Part shown: positions 1 to 14,270 of the stretch, piece after piece
Numbering within the stretch: position 1 is the stretch's first letter
Layout of the letters: every line of letters begins with the position of its first letter
DNA from: Tubiluchus corallicola
Taxonomy: Eukaryota; Animalia; Priapulida
Reading direction: 5' to 3'
DNA length: 64,000 nucleotides
Assembly (NCBI GenBank): GCA_030141605.1
Contig: JAQGDQ010000010.1
Coordinates: 310,001 to 374,000 of the forward strand
Made by a program: the position numbers and the translations under genes
The notes under the pieces: model-generated
What the model saw: the letters and a program-made list of their open reading frames with translations, nothing else
The model's database searches: none
Told to the model about the DNA's origin: nothing

Positions 1-1884
1 AGATAAACCCGACTTCCTGAAAGGCTTGGCCTTTCATTTGAAGACTAAAGGTTGCTAACGAGTTGAGTGACTTAGCGGGCAAAGTACTCCATATTGCATA
101 ACTGATGCAAACGATTGTCCATCCATAATCAGTTACTCAGACTGACCATATACTTACAACGTAGGGCCTATTTTGAGCAATGCGTTTCTGTTATTCAATT
201 TATAGCTATACCAGTAACTCATTTTTAACCGACTTTAAAGCTCAAATTATCCAAGTGCTTTAATGCGTTGGTCAGTTTGTTCGCAGAAATGATAAAACTT
301 ACTCTTTACTCTGTACACGTAGTCATTCATTTTGAGTAGTAAATAACTCAACTTCAACTTTAAAGCATCAGATTACTCAACATAAATATTTTCTCATTTG
401 GCTTTGTGAATATATAATAAACAATTATCTTTGTACTGGTGTATATCAACAATTTACCTTAGTTGTATTTACTTTGTTAATTATTATTTTGCCTAAACAA
501 TGTCAGCGATCACCACGAATCATTAAACAATTTTCTATCGAAAATCTTCATTTTTTGTTAACCTGGCCTTTCTGATGGGGTAACAGATTTCGGCCGATGA
601 CCCCGGCTATAATGTTTTGCGCTGCCCACATTTCAATGGCTATAATTTGCCAACAATAATATGAACATGCATATTGTATGATAATTACTAGTTTCCGAGA
701 TGCATGTGTAATGCGTGCACCTAATTGAACTTTGTTTACTGTTTTCGTCTGTCTAAACCGATTGCCATCAATCTAGCAAACTGCGGTGCAAAAATGTACA
801 CAAATTGAGGGATGAGCTAACATTTGTTTTGCTGTTTATTGTTTCTACAAACATTAGTGGTCAGTAGTTGTCTATTGTTATTATACGAAGTAAACAAGCG
901 ATATGTATTCCTGGTTAAAAAGTCATCACCCGTTAATAATATGCAATATTGTACCTCGCAGCCTCAGTTTAACACAAACTAAAACGGCCAAGTAATTTAA
1001 CGTTAGGAGAAAAAACTTCATTGTTTCGGTGTTTTCCCTATCTAGTACTAGCGGTATATCAAAGTATATAAATCATGTGGCATGCATATCTACAGGTTCA
1101 CACTAAAATTAAATAGTTCTGTACATCACTCCCCATTTCCATAAAAAGTTTTCCGACCTTTCTTTCCAGACTGTAGCTTAAAGTTGCAAATAATTCCGCC
1201 ATCATTTTCTCAAAAAAACATGGTCGTGATAACCATTTTTGAGGAATCTGAATTCGAGAAAAGGAACAAAAAGGGTGTCGTTCAAGAGATATCAAATATA
1301 CGTCAAGCAACACAACACGTAAATATGAGAATGCTAGAAAAATAGTTAAAAGAAGTAAAAATAAACAATTTTTGTCCCTTAATTATAGCCGGTGAGATTC
1401 AAACTCTGACTGCAATATCCTTTGCTGCAACTTCAACCTGTAATTTGCTGAGATGTAATTTGTTAATAAGTTCAGTGTCACGCCTCTGTGTGAATAGAAA
1501 GCAACTACAATTTTGAACTACGGGCTAATTTGTTTGCCTTCTTACATTTTTGAATTGCTAAAAATATATTTTATTTCATTATGCTCACGCTAATCAATTT
1601 ATGCGTGACTCATTATACGTTACAAGTGACTTAAAATTATTTTATATGTGAATAAAATAAAATACAATACAATAAAATATAATATAAATAAATTTAGTGC
1701 TGAATTGAGCAAGAGTGACAACCGTGTTTTCTTAACCTTGTTTTCGTACTGCCTCCTGCCTTTGTAAGGGTGATAGTACGAATGCCACATTCGTCAGCAG
1801 CTAAGACATCTGCCGTTCACTATCTCATCTTAGCGGATCCTACATTCTCAAGCTCGATAGTCAATATAGGATAAGAAATACAGG

Positions 1885-2245
1885 CATGAGCGCCGCCAGA
1901 TTTTAAAAAAATTGCGGCCACCAACGTATTTTCCTGTATTTAAGCACATTTTGGAGGCCCCAAATGAGATCTAAATTCTGGTACATAGTCGTCCTCAAAC
2001 GTGAAAAATATAAAAATATATAAGATTCTATAAGAATCCTATAATCCTATAATCCGTGGAATTCTATAAGAGAATCGACACTGTGTAAGTGATGTATGTA
2101 AATATAACTTCACCATGTAAATCAGCTGACTGCTCGGGGATTGCGCAAACAAACAAGGGGTTGCTGTGTTTCTTGGTTTACTGCTAAAAAACTTTATTTA
2201 ACCATAAAAAATTTTCTTAAGAGCGTCCGCCTGCCGGCGCCCATG
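1885..2245. mobile_element. hAT-type MITE (non-autonomous DNA transposon)
   Basis: TIRs CATGAGCGCCGCCAG / CTGCCGGCGCCCATG flanked by a perfect 8-bp TSD AATACAGG (1877-1884 and 2246-2253). Confidence 0.88.
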
Positions 2246-5200
2246 AATACAGGTTCATCAATTTCACTCCCTGCAAATCCTTTAACAAAACAAAAACTAC
2301 AAATCAAAAAGATTTAACAGAATAACAGAATATTATATACAAAGGAAAAATTTTAGTAACAAGTTTTATTTCTTATTCTTGTTGATTTTTTTAAAAAATG
2401 CATGTTTGAACTTGTTTTTTTCACAACAGAGAAAAGGAAAACTTTCAAAATTTACTCTTTTAAATGGAAAAAAAGCCCAGCTTTTGATATCGCTTTATGT
2501 ACCATTAGATTTTGTAGATTTCTAGATTTTAACATATGGGAGAATTGATCTCATTCTCAGCATGTATACCACACAAGAAACTGAAACCAAACCTGAAAAA
2601 ATTGCTTCAAGAATGGTCCAACTTTCCGCAAAATTAGGTTAATTCAGTTGTTAACCTGTTCCAACCTAAATTTTGCAAAGTGATCGAAATGGAAGGAGTA
2701 CACGTAGAACAATTTTTCTAAGTTATGTACATAAATAAATACCTAAAGCGGTGTGTCTTTTTATTTATAACAGTAAATTAGGGGAAATTTAGTTTTCTTT
2801 GTTAGGAAACATGCGATTTTAAACGTACATCTTTAAAAATAAAACTTACAGCTAGTTTTTTTGGGAAAAAACATATATTCATTGTCATTTTGTTATATTT
2901 TTATACCTCCTTGGTTTGTAGCTAAGCTACAGGGAATGTTTTTTTCTGGACGGCGCCTTTTTCTCAATTTTATAACCCTCAAAAATGATACAAACATATG
3001 CCTGTACAGCGAGTCATATAAGAAATTTTGTTTTTGCCGAAACTGGTTTAATATCATTCATTATTGTAAAATACGCTGGTTATTGTTATAGTATTTCGTC
3101 GTTCGTTCATGTTGTTCTCCCGGTCTGCTTTTAGAATGTTTTGTGTTTTGCCGTTACCAGTTGGTCATGGAGGTGTGAAAATGAAATTGCCCTGGTCATT
3201 TAGGGTACACACTTCCAAACACACAAAAGCAGCATTGTGTATTGCTGCAAACGCCTGATGGTAAGACCTGATGGTAAGCTTGCAGGAAGCGCGGACCTAA
3301 AAAAAATAAAAAAGAAAATTACTTGGAATGAGAGTTTCGCGACTCGGGCAAACCGAAGGTCTGAACTACGACTTTACAAAAAAACTGCAATACAGACTAG
3401 TGTAAGCTCCTGTGAGTAACGAGTTTAGTAATCAAATATGCAGTACCCAAACTGCAGCTCTAAATCTACCAGTTTGGGTAACTTGCACATGAGTTTTTAA
3501 CTTAGCAGGTCTACTTAAGCCTAAAAGCATTGCAGTAAACAACAGTAAATTACTTAATCAGTTCAAGTATAAGTTTAATAAACTGAGAGACTGGATGTTA
3601 AAAATAATTACTTGTAAGGAAAACAGGTAAGAAGATGGCTTACTCAAGTAGGAGTTCTAACCTGTCTACCTTGAATGGGCAATATGTAATTTATCCTGCA
3701 TTTAGAGTTATTGATTAATTGTAATTTGTCTCACTTGGTTTTGTATCAACACGTTCAGAAAGTTAATTTAGAGTCTTTTTAGTTATCATAAGTTAGCTAA
3801 TTTAAAAGCAGTTAACTAAAGCGGTTGTAGCAACGCCAGTTATTAATTATTTAGCTCCCTAATTATTTCTCGGTTGATCAATTGCTCTTCTAGAAAATAA
3901 AGCTTCACGTGATCAAGCAATTAATAATCAAGACACTATTTTATTAATTGCAATTTCCTGTGTACTAAAAATAGTTTATAGTTGTGCTTGTAATTGCAAT
4001 ATAAAGCGAAACCAAAATTTTGAATTTAAGCATCTACCTGTGATTTGTAAATATGTACAACTATTTTTTTATTCGTTACAATATTCAGCATTTTTATTTT
4101 TAAAGAGTAGACCTATTGTAGTAATGATTGCAACAATTAATTCTTTTTGTCTGTTTTTGGCTTTTGTACTGCTGACATAATGACATAGGCTTAAGTTGTG
4201 TGCAACTAAATGTGGCCTGTAACTATTCTGTTGCGTGGTAGTGGCTAATAACTCTGAGTATAATTGTCTTTTTAGTAATTAAGTCTGATTTCTACAAGGG
4301 TCAACAATTTTTCTAAGAAAAAACCCACGTCTATAAGTTTTGCTGCAACAAAAGACTTTCTAACAACAAAGGGTCCTACAATACATAATTCAAAATAAAA
4401 AAACGACCCATTTAAGTGGGCGTTTTGCATGATTAATTGCATTTGTAATCAGCCCATGCATAGAGTTTCCACCTGTGGTCTGCCCCATTAATGAGTAATA
4501 CCTGGTATACCTATAATAGCGTGTGCATCATCCGTGTAGAATCTGCTTACTGTTGCACTCTTATTGGAGCGTCACGAATAGTAAATGTAGAGTTGGACTT
4601 GCTGCTGAACGTTGGTGGTTGTGAAAATTAGTACTTAGTCTCTTTATTAATAAAGTGTGTATGGAGGTGAACATTGTAATTAAGCGCTTTGGATGTCTGT
4701 GCAATCGATGAATACACCGATTCTGTCACTGATAACACTGACAGAAAATCAATAATTATAGTTCAAGTGTTTTTCTTAAATAGCTTTGCTTATCGCTTTG
4801 TGTGGTAGAACCTAATGTGGTTGTTCAATTTGTTAAATTAAATGGATTAAAACAGGAAACAGTATTGGATTATCTCGCCTAACTCTTTGGTAAGTATAAA
4901 CACGGCATTTACAAAATAATAACCTGACATATTTTGCCAGAATAAACAGTTTAACTGTTTTCTATGTACATTTTATTGCGTTTCATTTTGTTAGACGCTT
5001 CTGTTTTGCTGGTTATTACCTTAATTATAACATAACACAAATACTTATGATCCTGCTGTAAACCCTAGACGTCTCGCTTATTTGTTTGAACAGAGAAATT
5101 ACAGTATAATGAGTTATAAAGCTGTAAGCTTGGTTTCAGACTCTACTTCCTGATAGAATTCGATTTTTTGCGCTGATTAAGTTATGAAGTTTGGACACGC

Positions 5201-5997
5201 TAGGATGCTTGCTTTACACTGTAATACCGGAAGGAACTAATGATAATTGATACTGGTACTGTGTAAAAAGATCTAACAAGCTTAAGTCTGTGAACAGATT
5301 ATAATACATATTTTTTGCGATGTATATGTTGATTAATTTTTTCTAACACCTTGTATGTCTATAACATATTTTCTAGGTAAATTTTGTCTGTCGCAGTTTC
5401 TTTTCACCTGTATATTCTTACCAATTGACTTTACCTGTGTTTGACCCAATTTTACATAAAGTATTCCATTCTTAAAACAATTCAGGCTTAAGAACTTAGG
5501 AACCCGCGGTAAATAAGTTGCAACTCTGCAACACATTAAAAAAACAAGGACTAAGAGATTAGCGATCTGTAACAGTTCTATGCCGTAATAGTGAACGAAT
5601 AGAGTGCTGGTTTAAAAAAAGATAATCCTTGCGGATTAACATGGTGAACATCAGTAAGTGGATAGATGAAAAGTTAAGTGGGGCGCGTCAGTTTCTTGTA
5701 TAATTAGGCCTCAGGCTTACATATTATAAAATTATTTCCATTTTTAATCATAATTGTTAAGATTACTAGCATTGGACAGGTTTATGAAAGTCAAATACTA
5801 AAATAAAATAAGTAATCACAAACATGCCAGAAGACACCTAGTTACGAGAGATAAAGGTAAACGTGATGAAATTGTAGCCTACCTGTTGTTAAAATATCGA
5901 AAAATAGATTTTTTGCACAATTTACAGAATTGTGAAAGTAGTTTAAAGGCCACAGACATTGACAACTTACACTAAGTCAAGCTCAAATGAGTCGCAG

Positions 5998-6148
5998 TTC
6001 ATTTGTTTGTTTGTTTATTCATTCATGTATTCATCCGTTCATTCATTCACTGACATACTCATTTATTCATTCAGTCACTCATTCATTTATTTGTTCATTC
6101 GTTTGTTCATTCATTCACCATTCAGTTATTCATTCACTTGTTTGTTTC
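5998..6148. repeat. Degenerate (TTCA/TTTG)n microsatellite
   Basis: Visible ATTC/TTTG tetranucleotide run. Confidence 0.8.
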
Positions 6149-7285
6149 TTACACTAGCTATTCGTTGTAGATGTTAGTCGATCTATCAGATTATTTCCAG
6201 AATATGACGTTTTTGTTTACGTCTATCGAGGTCGCCAACAAGGTGGTCAAGTTTGCATCCTTTGCGGTAATTTAAGCTCTAAATGCGTAAATAATAACAG
6301 CTCACTTCGGCCTCGATTCTCTATCCTCTCAGTGCCTATTTTACGGCACTTAGCATTCAACGTTGGTTTTGTTAAACGAAACTAGGAAGTTCACGTCTTC
6401 TCAATCGTTTTTCTAAGCATGTGAGAGTAAAAACGAGGCTACGGAGGTACGATGCATGCGTGGGGGTGGGAGGGCGCGCCACGGTGTTTGTTCATGACAT
6501 AGAAAGAATAAACACAGTTGCCGGAAAGTTTTAAATACTGTCAGAAAGAGAATTGCGTTACAGTCAGCTTAGTTTCTGCATAGGTTTCCGTGAAATGTAA
6601 GATTAGCTTAACAAACTTGTTATTTGACCTACAGAGCGCTGTTGCTTTAGTGGTGCACCACTAGGTGGTTTTTATTCTCAAAGTTTTCAAAGCAAAAATC
6701 TATATTCGTTTACTTGGTTTTTCTTAGCTGTTGTTTTTTCATGCTTTTCAACATAAGCACAAACGGTACAATTTGTTTAGTAACAGAAGAGGAACAGAAT
6801 TTTCCGAAGAGTGGATGGAGCTTTAATACAATCAATCCTTCCAATTCAACTATTACAGTGACTTACAGTTTGTAAAATCTATTTTTGCGTATATTGAGCA
6901 AACAGCATATTTTGTTGTGTCACTTTGCGTTCATTGATAATCGTACATTTCATACTCAAAAAAGACCATTTTCAAGTCTGTAAATGACACAAAATAATCA
7001 GAATTTTATTTTAAACGTTTCCTATAGACATAGTAAATCTGTTATTTTTTGAACGTATGAATTTATAAATTGCTTTGCTGTTGATTTCTAATACAAGTTT
7101 TACTGATTTGGTACGTAATTCAAAAATTACTAAATAGAGTAAGAAATCGCAAAATGTGAGCCAATAAATAATTATTCTGAAAATTGATTAATTTCACCTT
7201 TATCTATACCAAAGGCAATCGGGTGATGATGACTTATGAACTTGATTTGATTTTTAAGCTGAATTCCAAAATAAAATTGTTTTAT

Positions 7286-7339
7286 TCTTGAAATTTTGTG
7301 TAAACAATCAACTCTTGAAATTTTGTGTAAACAATCAAC
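7286..7339. repeat. 27-bp tandem duplication
   Basis: TCTTGAAATTTTGTGTAAACAATCAAC x2. Confidence 0.85.
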
Positions 7340-10300
7340 ATTATTACGTAAAATAAAATCGTCTACAATGTCATAAAACTAATAAAACGTAACCCCGTGC
7401 TCCAAATAGACATTTATGCAAACAATTCTTGCAAGTAATTACTGAGTACGCAGTCAAAAACACGTTTTCTCGCTGAAATTTATAGGATCCTGCAATCTGG
7501 GATCCTTGAAATAACAAAGGCTGGTCTAAACCCGTCATGGACTGTCCGTGTGATGTGTATTATTCTAGAAGAGTTTATTAAACCGTGCGTTAAGGAGGCT
7601 ATTAAATAGGTTTCTGTTTGCCAATTCTTGTTAATATTGACCATTCGACCAAGGTCGGGTATGCGCGGGTATTATGCAATTGCCATTAGTGATTAACACA
7701 AGAGCGTTGCAAAAGCAAAAGACAAATTTAAACTAATATGGATGATTACGGGACCAAATTAGGCGACCATTATACAGCCGGGTTCCGAACGTCTAACAAA
7801 AGTTAGCCTTGGTTTTATATTACGCGGCGTATTGAATTTTTTCTTCAAAAAATAGTCAGAACACGCTATAAAAGCAGCTAAACCTAGAAGATTTAAAGTT
7901 CGTTCTGTTAGTCAACAGCCAAGTGAGGTAGTAAACATCGATAATTAAAAAGCAGCGTTTAGGGTGCAAACAAGCCACTATAGCTCGATTTTTTTCTCAA
8001 TAACTCTTCAAACTGTAACCAATTAATAAAATTGTGCAATAATTTGTGCACGTTTTTACAATCATTTTTTATGATTTATCCTTGCAAATCTGTGACTATA
8101 ACAAATACAATAACATTTTTGTGCTACAAATTTGCTAGTCCAAACATTTACTGGCAATTTATGGTCGATTCAAGCTCCCTGGCGAGTTTAAAACTCTTGA
8201 AGAAAAATGAGTGCCATATTGCTGATCAGCGTCATCAAATGGAGGACAATAAAATTCACCTGACCACGTGGCTCAGGCGTCCAGACGTTCCAGTCATATC
8301 ATCACACTATCTAATTTAGACTGACATCAAGCACTGGTTAATTCTTTCATTTGGAGGAGTCCACACGCCCAGCTAACCCAATTACAAGCTGTCGAGCCTC
8401 AGGGCATGCCTTTTGACTGACCACCTGCTGAGCTTGCTACGAAGCAAGCAGAATTCAATATAAAACATCAAAAAACTTGAAAGTGATGAAAAAATTGTTT
8501 ACCCATGTAAACGTCAAGAATGAAAAATGATTTTAAAGATGTAATCATCACAATTTTAACGTTTCTGTTGCCATGTATTATGATGACAACAAATACACTT
8601 GATGACAAGTATAACATTATTGATTTTAGTTATCACTCTATAGCTTAAAATCGGTAATGATTACAGAAATAAAAATTCTCAGCGTTAAAAATCACATTTA
8701 CAAAGTTAATAAAAGCCCGTATATCTTTTGTTTTTCACGTCGATTGGGGCTACTAAGACTGCGTCTTGTACTGTCAAATTTTGTTTAAACATTTTCATTT
8801 TGTCTATAGTTGTGCCATTTTAAAACGCCATTTTGTTTGAAACAGCTTTTGTACGATGATTAACCGATGGTTAACAGCTAAAGTCAAATTTTTGACACTG
8901 GGAATAATTCATTTCATTGAAAGGTTTTTATCAATTGTGAAAAATAACAGCATCTCGTAGTTCAGCATGCAGATGATTCTAAAGGCGCCAGTTTATAGTG
9001 TAAAATTTAGAAATCCCTAAACTGTAGTTCCATGTACTCAGTGTACTCACTCCTTTAACAAGCAGATATCAAACAGAAACTTTTTATACCCTTTTCAGCA
9101 ATCTGTTAGTCGGATATACCTACCGGGCAGCAGGTATGTTTGAAGGACAGCAAATGTTATTATACCATAAAAGTTCTTTCAGGTACAAAAGAAACGCCTA
9201 ACTTTCCCAATATTTGTGAAGGGAGTCAATAGTACGTGAGTTGGCACTTTAATGACCAGAGTAAAAATGTCTGACTTAAATCAATAAAATGAAAATGGAA
9301 ACAGGTACAGTTGTAAAAATTTGTATTTCCGTTTTATAGTCATATAAAACAGAAATCAGACAGGCAACCTACTTCTGATTTCAGTTGATAAAAAATCACG
9401 GCGAAACTGTGAATTTTGTTCATAATAAATACATTTTTAACGTTTTATGTTAGAGTTTTTGAATTCAGACTTCATTACGTCATTGTTCGTTCGTTCGTTA
9501 CGCTATTTGTAATCATTAAATAGATGCGGGTAATGGGACAAAAGAATTTTCCTGTTTCTGACAATGAAGTCCCATCCTGTTAAGCAGCTGGTGTCCATAC
9601 CTACACAGGAGTAAACATCTGGGCTAAATTGACATTTTTATATACCTGCTTTATCAATTTACTGTAATGATTTAACATTGTGCAGATGATTAGTAGACAC
9701 AATAGCCCCCAGGAAAGATTTTATTATAGATGGACACATGTATATGATTATTATTATAGGAATATGCACGTACTTGACGTAGTTCACTCGGTAGCAATTT
9801 AAGAAACTGTATACGGCGACCATCGTTTAGGAAATATTGTGAAATGATAAAATTAATTAATAAAAACATTAAAACAAAACTTGACCAGTTAACTAGTAGT
9901 ATGTATATGAGTGTATTTGATGCTCGGCATGTGGTAACATTGAAACTCTTAAAATATTAATTAATCTTTCAAAACACAGTAGCTTAACTAAACAGTCCTA
10001 TTTTCGTAACTGTCACAACAATTAAATATGCATCAGTAAATAATGCGATGGATTTTACAGTTATTTATCTGTGGGTCTAGCAGTCTACCGAAACAAACAC
10101 CTGCCGAAGGCATCGATTTTTTGTGGCATTATTTTCTTAAAAAATAAACGAGATAAAAAAGAACAACGCGTCCAAATTTCAGGCCTCAACGTTTACAAGT
10201 TAAGAAGTTTAGTTAGGAAGCCAGCAATCTAATAGTCAATAGCAAAATTGCGGAAGCAACAAACAATCTTATAATTATTGGCATGAATAAGAATTGTAGG

Positions 10301-10933
10301 TCAGTTTCAACTTATATTCCGATCACGAAAACTAAATAACTGTTTATCTGTTATGGGGTTATAAAACTAGCCAATATTTACAACTTTCCTTTTCTCGGCC
10401 ATACTTTTGGAAGGTGTGTTCATTATGCATGTCCCGATAACATTATTTTAGTACATTCTACCTGTGCTAAAATTGATACCACGCCAAATTCCCAATAGTG
10501 TGCAGGTTTTAATTTAAAACGCCCGAATAGTTACATCTTTTTAAAAGACAAAAAAATCTCAAGTATGTTGTAGTAACCGCTCTTGACTTACTTTTCGTGA
10601 TATCTAGTTATGTGAAAACTAACACATGTAATAAATAAATAATTCACTGTCTCTTAAAGCATCGGTCATAAAGCTGTTAACATAGTTTTTGCCAGAATCG
10701 CGAAGTTTCACGAAAGCTTGTTGGAGCATCCCACAGGCAATTTGGCAAAAATATGTGTTATAATCAGTAAGAGTTATTGTCGTTGATATTGTGCTATTCA
10801 TTATGGTGTTGGTTTTGATGCTGCTGATGATGTTAGTCTTAATATGGTTGATACACAGCCTTAACGTGTCTGCGTTGTTTCAATTGACGATATTTGTCAT
10901 TTGTCACTTTTGTGCAACTTTCATAGTGATGAC

Positions 10934-11190
<257 letters not shown>

Positions 11191-13984
11191 AAACAATTCC
11201 TTTCTATTGTTGCTGCTGTCATTGTCGCCGTCGCAAACGTTATTGGTTATTGTTACGATTTGGAAAATGTTTCAGACCAACTTATACCTGTATTTTGCCA
11301 AACAACCAAACAAAAAATATGGTTGGTTGATTGATCTGTTTTTTAAGTGTCGACTCTTAATTGGCTGTATGAAACGTGATCTGATATTAATGAGGAGAAA
11401 ACTCTTTACCTTTTTGAACTTAAGAGGTTGGGAATATTAATTTCTCGTCACAGACTTGCATTTTACCTTATACTTAAAAAACATGCCGTTTAGAAATATT
11501 AATGCTCCATGTGATAATTAGATATAATATCTAACGGGAATTTATGATGTTATTCGTTTTCTTATTTAAAAGCTTCGTTATACTATTTAAACTCTGTATC
11601 GCGTTTCAAAGTTAACTTTTTATTGTAATTATCGTGAGAGTCAGTGGGTGATGATAGAGCTTTCTGTACCTGCAGCCCATCATCTGTTGCGAGTATTGGC
11701 AAACTTTTGGCCAAACACAAGCGCTTCACAAATCTGAAAATTGACATATAAAACGTTCGTTTCGCTACTTTCACACGAATTTGGCTATCACGCGAATGTT
11801 CTTATTACTCTGGCATAATAATCTATTTTTCCACGAGCTGCTTCCAGATACAACTCTTTGCGCGAATTACATTTCTTCTCCAACTATAACATGAAGTATC
11901 TTTAAACAGTTTCTTTCACTGCTAAAGTAGATTGCATTTTAAATCTAAGATATATGAGACATACATGGTGTGAACGATACATTGGCCCTGAGGGACACCG
12001 TTAGAAAGAGGAATGACCACATTCCAATAAGACGAGAATTAGCTAACCAGAAAGCTAGCATTTTACTGAGTGACCTGTATTATTAGAGAACGTGCTGATC
12101 GATCGAAAAGTGCTGTGGTCAGGGTGCGAGAAGGAATAAGCGTGTTTATGGCAAAGTAGGCAAATGGTGTGTTAACATTTGAGTGTGTAAGGTGTATAGG
12201 GTACACATGCTGTCCGCAATGTAGTGATTTAGTGGCGAACGGCACCACAATGGAATAAGAATGAATCAAGAGTCCAATTTCTTTGAGCTACATGACTTCT
12301 TCTGACTGTGTATCTTAGAAGTTAAACTATTTTTTACTAATGCCGAACACATGCGAACGCACAATGGTCTTGGTTGATAGAGGGAGGATTATTTTGTGCA
12401 ACCTCACAGTTGGAATAAACTTGTGCCTTATTAGAATGGAAGTTTGATAAACAAGTATTAAGGTAAATTTTATTCCACTGAATACAAATTTGTAACGAAA
12501 AGAGTAAATGACAGCCAGTGTTAACAATGTCAGACATATGCTGTGAGTTTGATGTCTTGTGTCAGTAGCTTCTATAACCTTTCTTAAGAAAGGTTTTAAT
12601 TGATGGCAGTTCTGACCTCAATGCTAAGCATGGTCTCAATATAGCATCAATGAAATGAAATCAATTATCATCGGGTTACGTCTTACATTGTGCGTTTGAC
12701 CCCAATACGGTTTTTGTAGAAGAATTAGTTTAGCTTTGTAGGCGAATTTTCATGATGTAATCTGCTTGTTTAGAATTGCATGTCAGATTATAGTCGAGCA
12801 GAAAGAACTTTGACAGTGATCTGGCGTAAAATCCATCGTAGAATTACGATTTTTAGGTGATTAATAAGAAGCCCCAGGTCAATTTTCAGATTGCTCTTAG
12901 ACAATTAAACAAAAAAATAATTGGACAATGATTTGCAATTATGAAGCCTGTTGCTTAACTTGTTGCAGCTTGAAGATCTTTTTGGCATATCTACGATGAC
13001 GTAATTGAACAAACGTTTTTATTGCTTCTTCCTTAACTGAATTCTTTATATTGGTTAACCCCGTAAATGAAAGTTTTTATAGTCAATGTTCGCCAAAATA
13101 TTATAGGATTTCTTTTTATATGTTTTTACATATTATCTTATAATATTCAAATCCAATAAGAAAACTCTTCGAAAACTTGCTTAGCCTGTTGTTAAATGAA
13201 TTTAACTCTTTTTCTTTCTTCTTTTTCATCACCACTTGTACAGCGAGACATCAACCCGGCGCTGTGACGAAGCCCACACTCGACAAAACTGTAATTTCGT
13301 ATGTAACTTTCAAATTGTTGAAGTTCTCTGAACCACTTAATAAACTTAACACAAAAGCCCTCCCGGTTCAGCGCGCTGTTAAAATGTTTCTGCATTTCGA
13401 ACTGGTGGCAGTAAAACGAGTTTGACTTGTCATGAGATCTAACCTTCAAACTAGATCGCCCACGTGATCAAAACATGTAATTCGTTGAAATTTTATCCGT
13501 GTTATTAAGTTATCAACAACGAAAACCCGTTACTCTAAAAAGTTGCTTCCTATTGCCATAAATAAAGTATAATCTTCCGATCACTCATGACTTCGTGTTT
13601 TTCCCTTACTTTTAAGTAGGTGAAAACAAATATGTTTTGCTTGCGTAATGCGGGGTGCATTGCTATGTCGCCACTGATAACTGATAACTGCTGTTTTTGC
13701 GCCTCCGTTACTAGAGCCGCTACTTTTTTTACACGATTTGAAATACCGCAAACTGGTATAGCAGGCCCTACTTATTAGGTTGATATTGATGGCAGGAGCA
13801 ACAACTTTCATATTTTCGACAATGGTGTTTTACAGAAGTATCTTAACACTTTATTCGAATGCATGTTCGTCTTACCACAATAGTTATCTAGAGTCAGATT
13901 GGCAGTCACCCATCTATTTACCAACTATGCTCAGTGTTATTTAACTTAAGTTGCAAAACACATACTATGACCATTCGGCTGTAC

Positions 13985-14270
13985 CCCTTATTGTTGTTAA
14001 CTTTACTTCTTCGTATGTTGCTGTTGCTGCAGTTACTGACGCTGTTACTGCTTACTGTCTTGTCAATGATGTTGATGCCATTGTTATTGTTGTTGCTGTT
14101 ATTATTATTGCCGTCACCCGATATAGCTTTATGTAGATCGCTGCTGCAATTTCTCACTCTCGTCTTTGTGCAACTGCAGCCCTTGCTGCTACTGTTAATG
14201 TTATTGTTGGTATTACTATTGATGTTGCCATCGATGCAACCGTTGTTGCTGTTGTTGTTGCCGTTGTATT
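13985..14270. repeat. Degenerate (GTT/GCT/ATT)n low-complexity tract
   Basis: Gives the poly-Leu and poly-Asn ORFs in the track. Confidence 0.8.

Noticed and set aside
11700-12600. Possible ancient LINE (GVPQG motif on - near 11985-12000)
   Set aside because: Isolated motif without a flanking YADD or other RT motifs in order; too degenerate to call.
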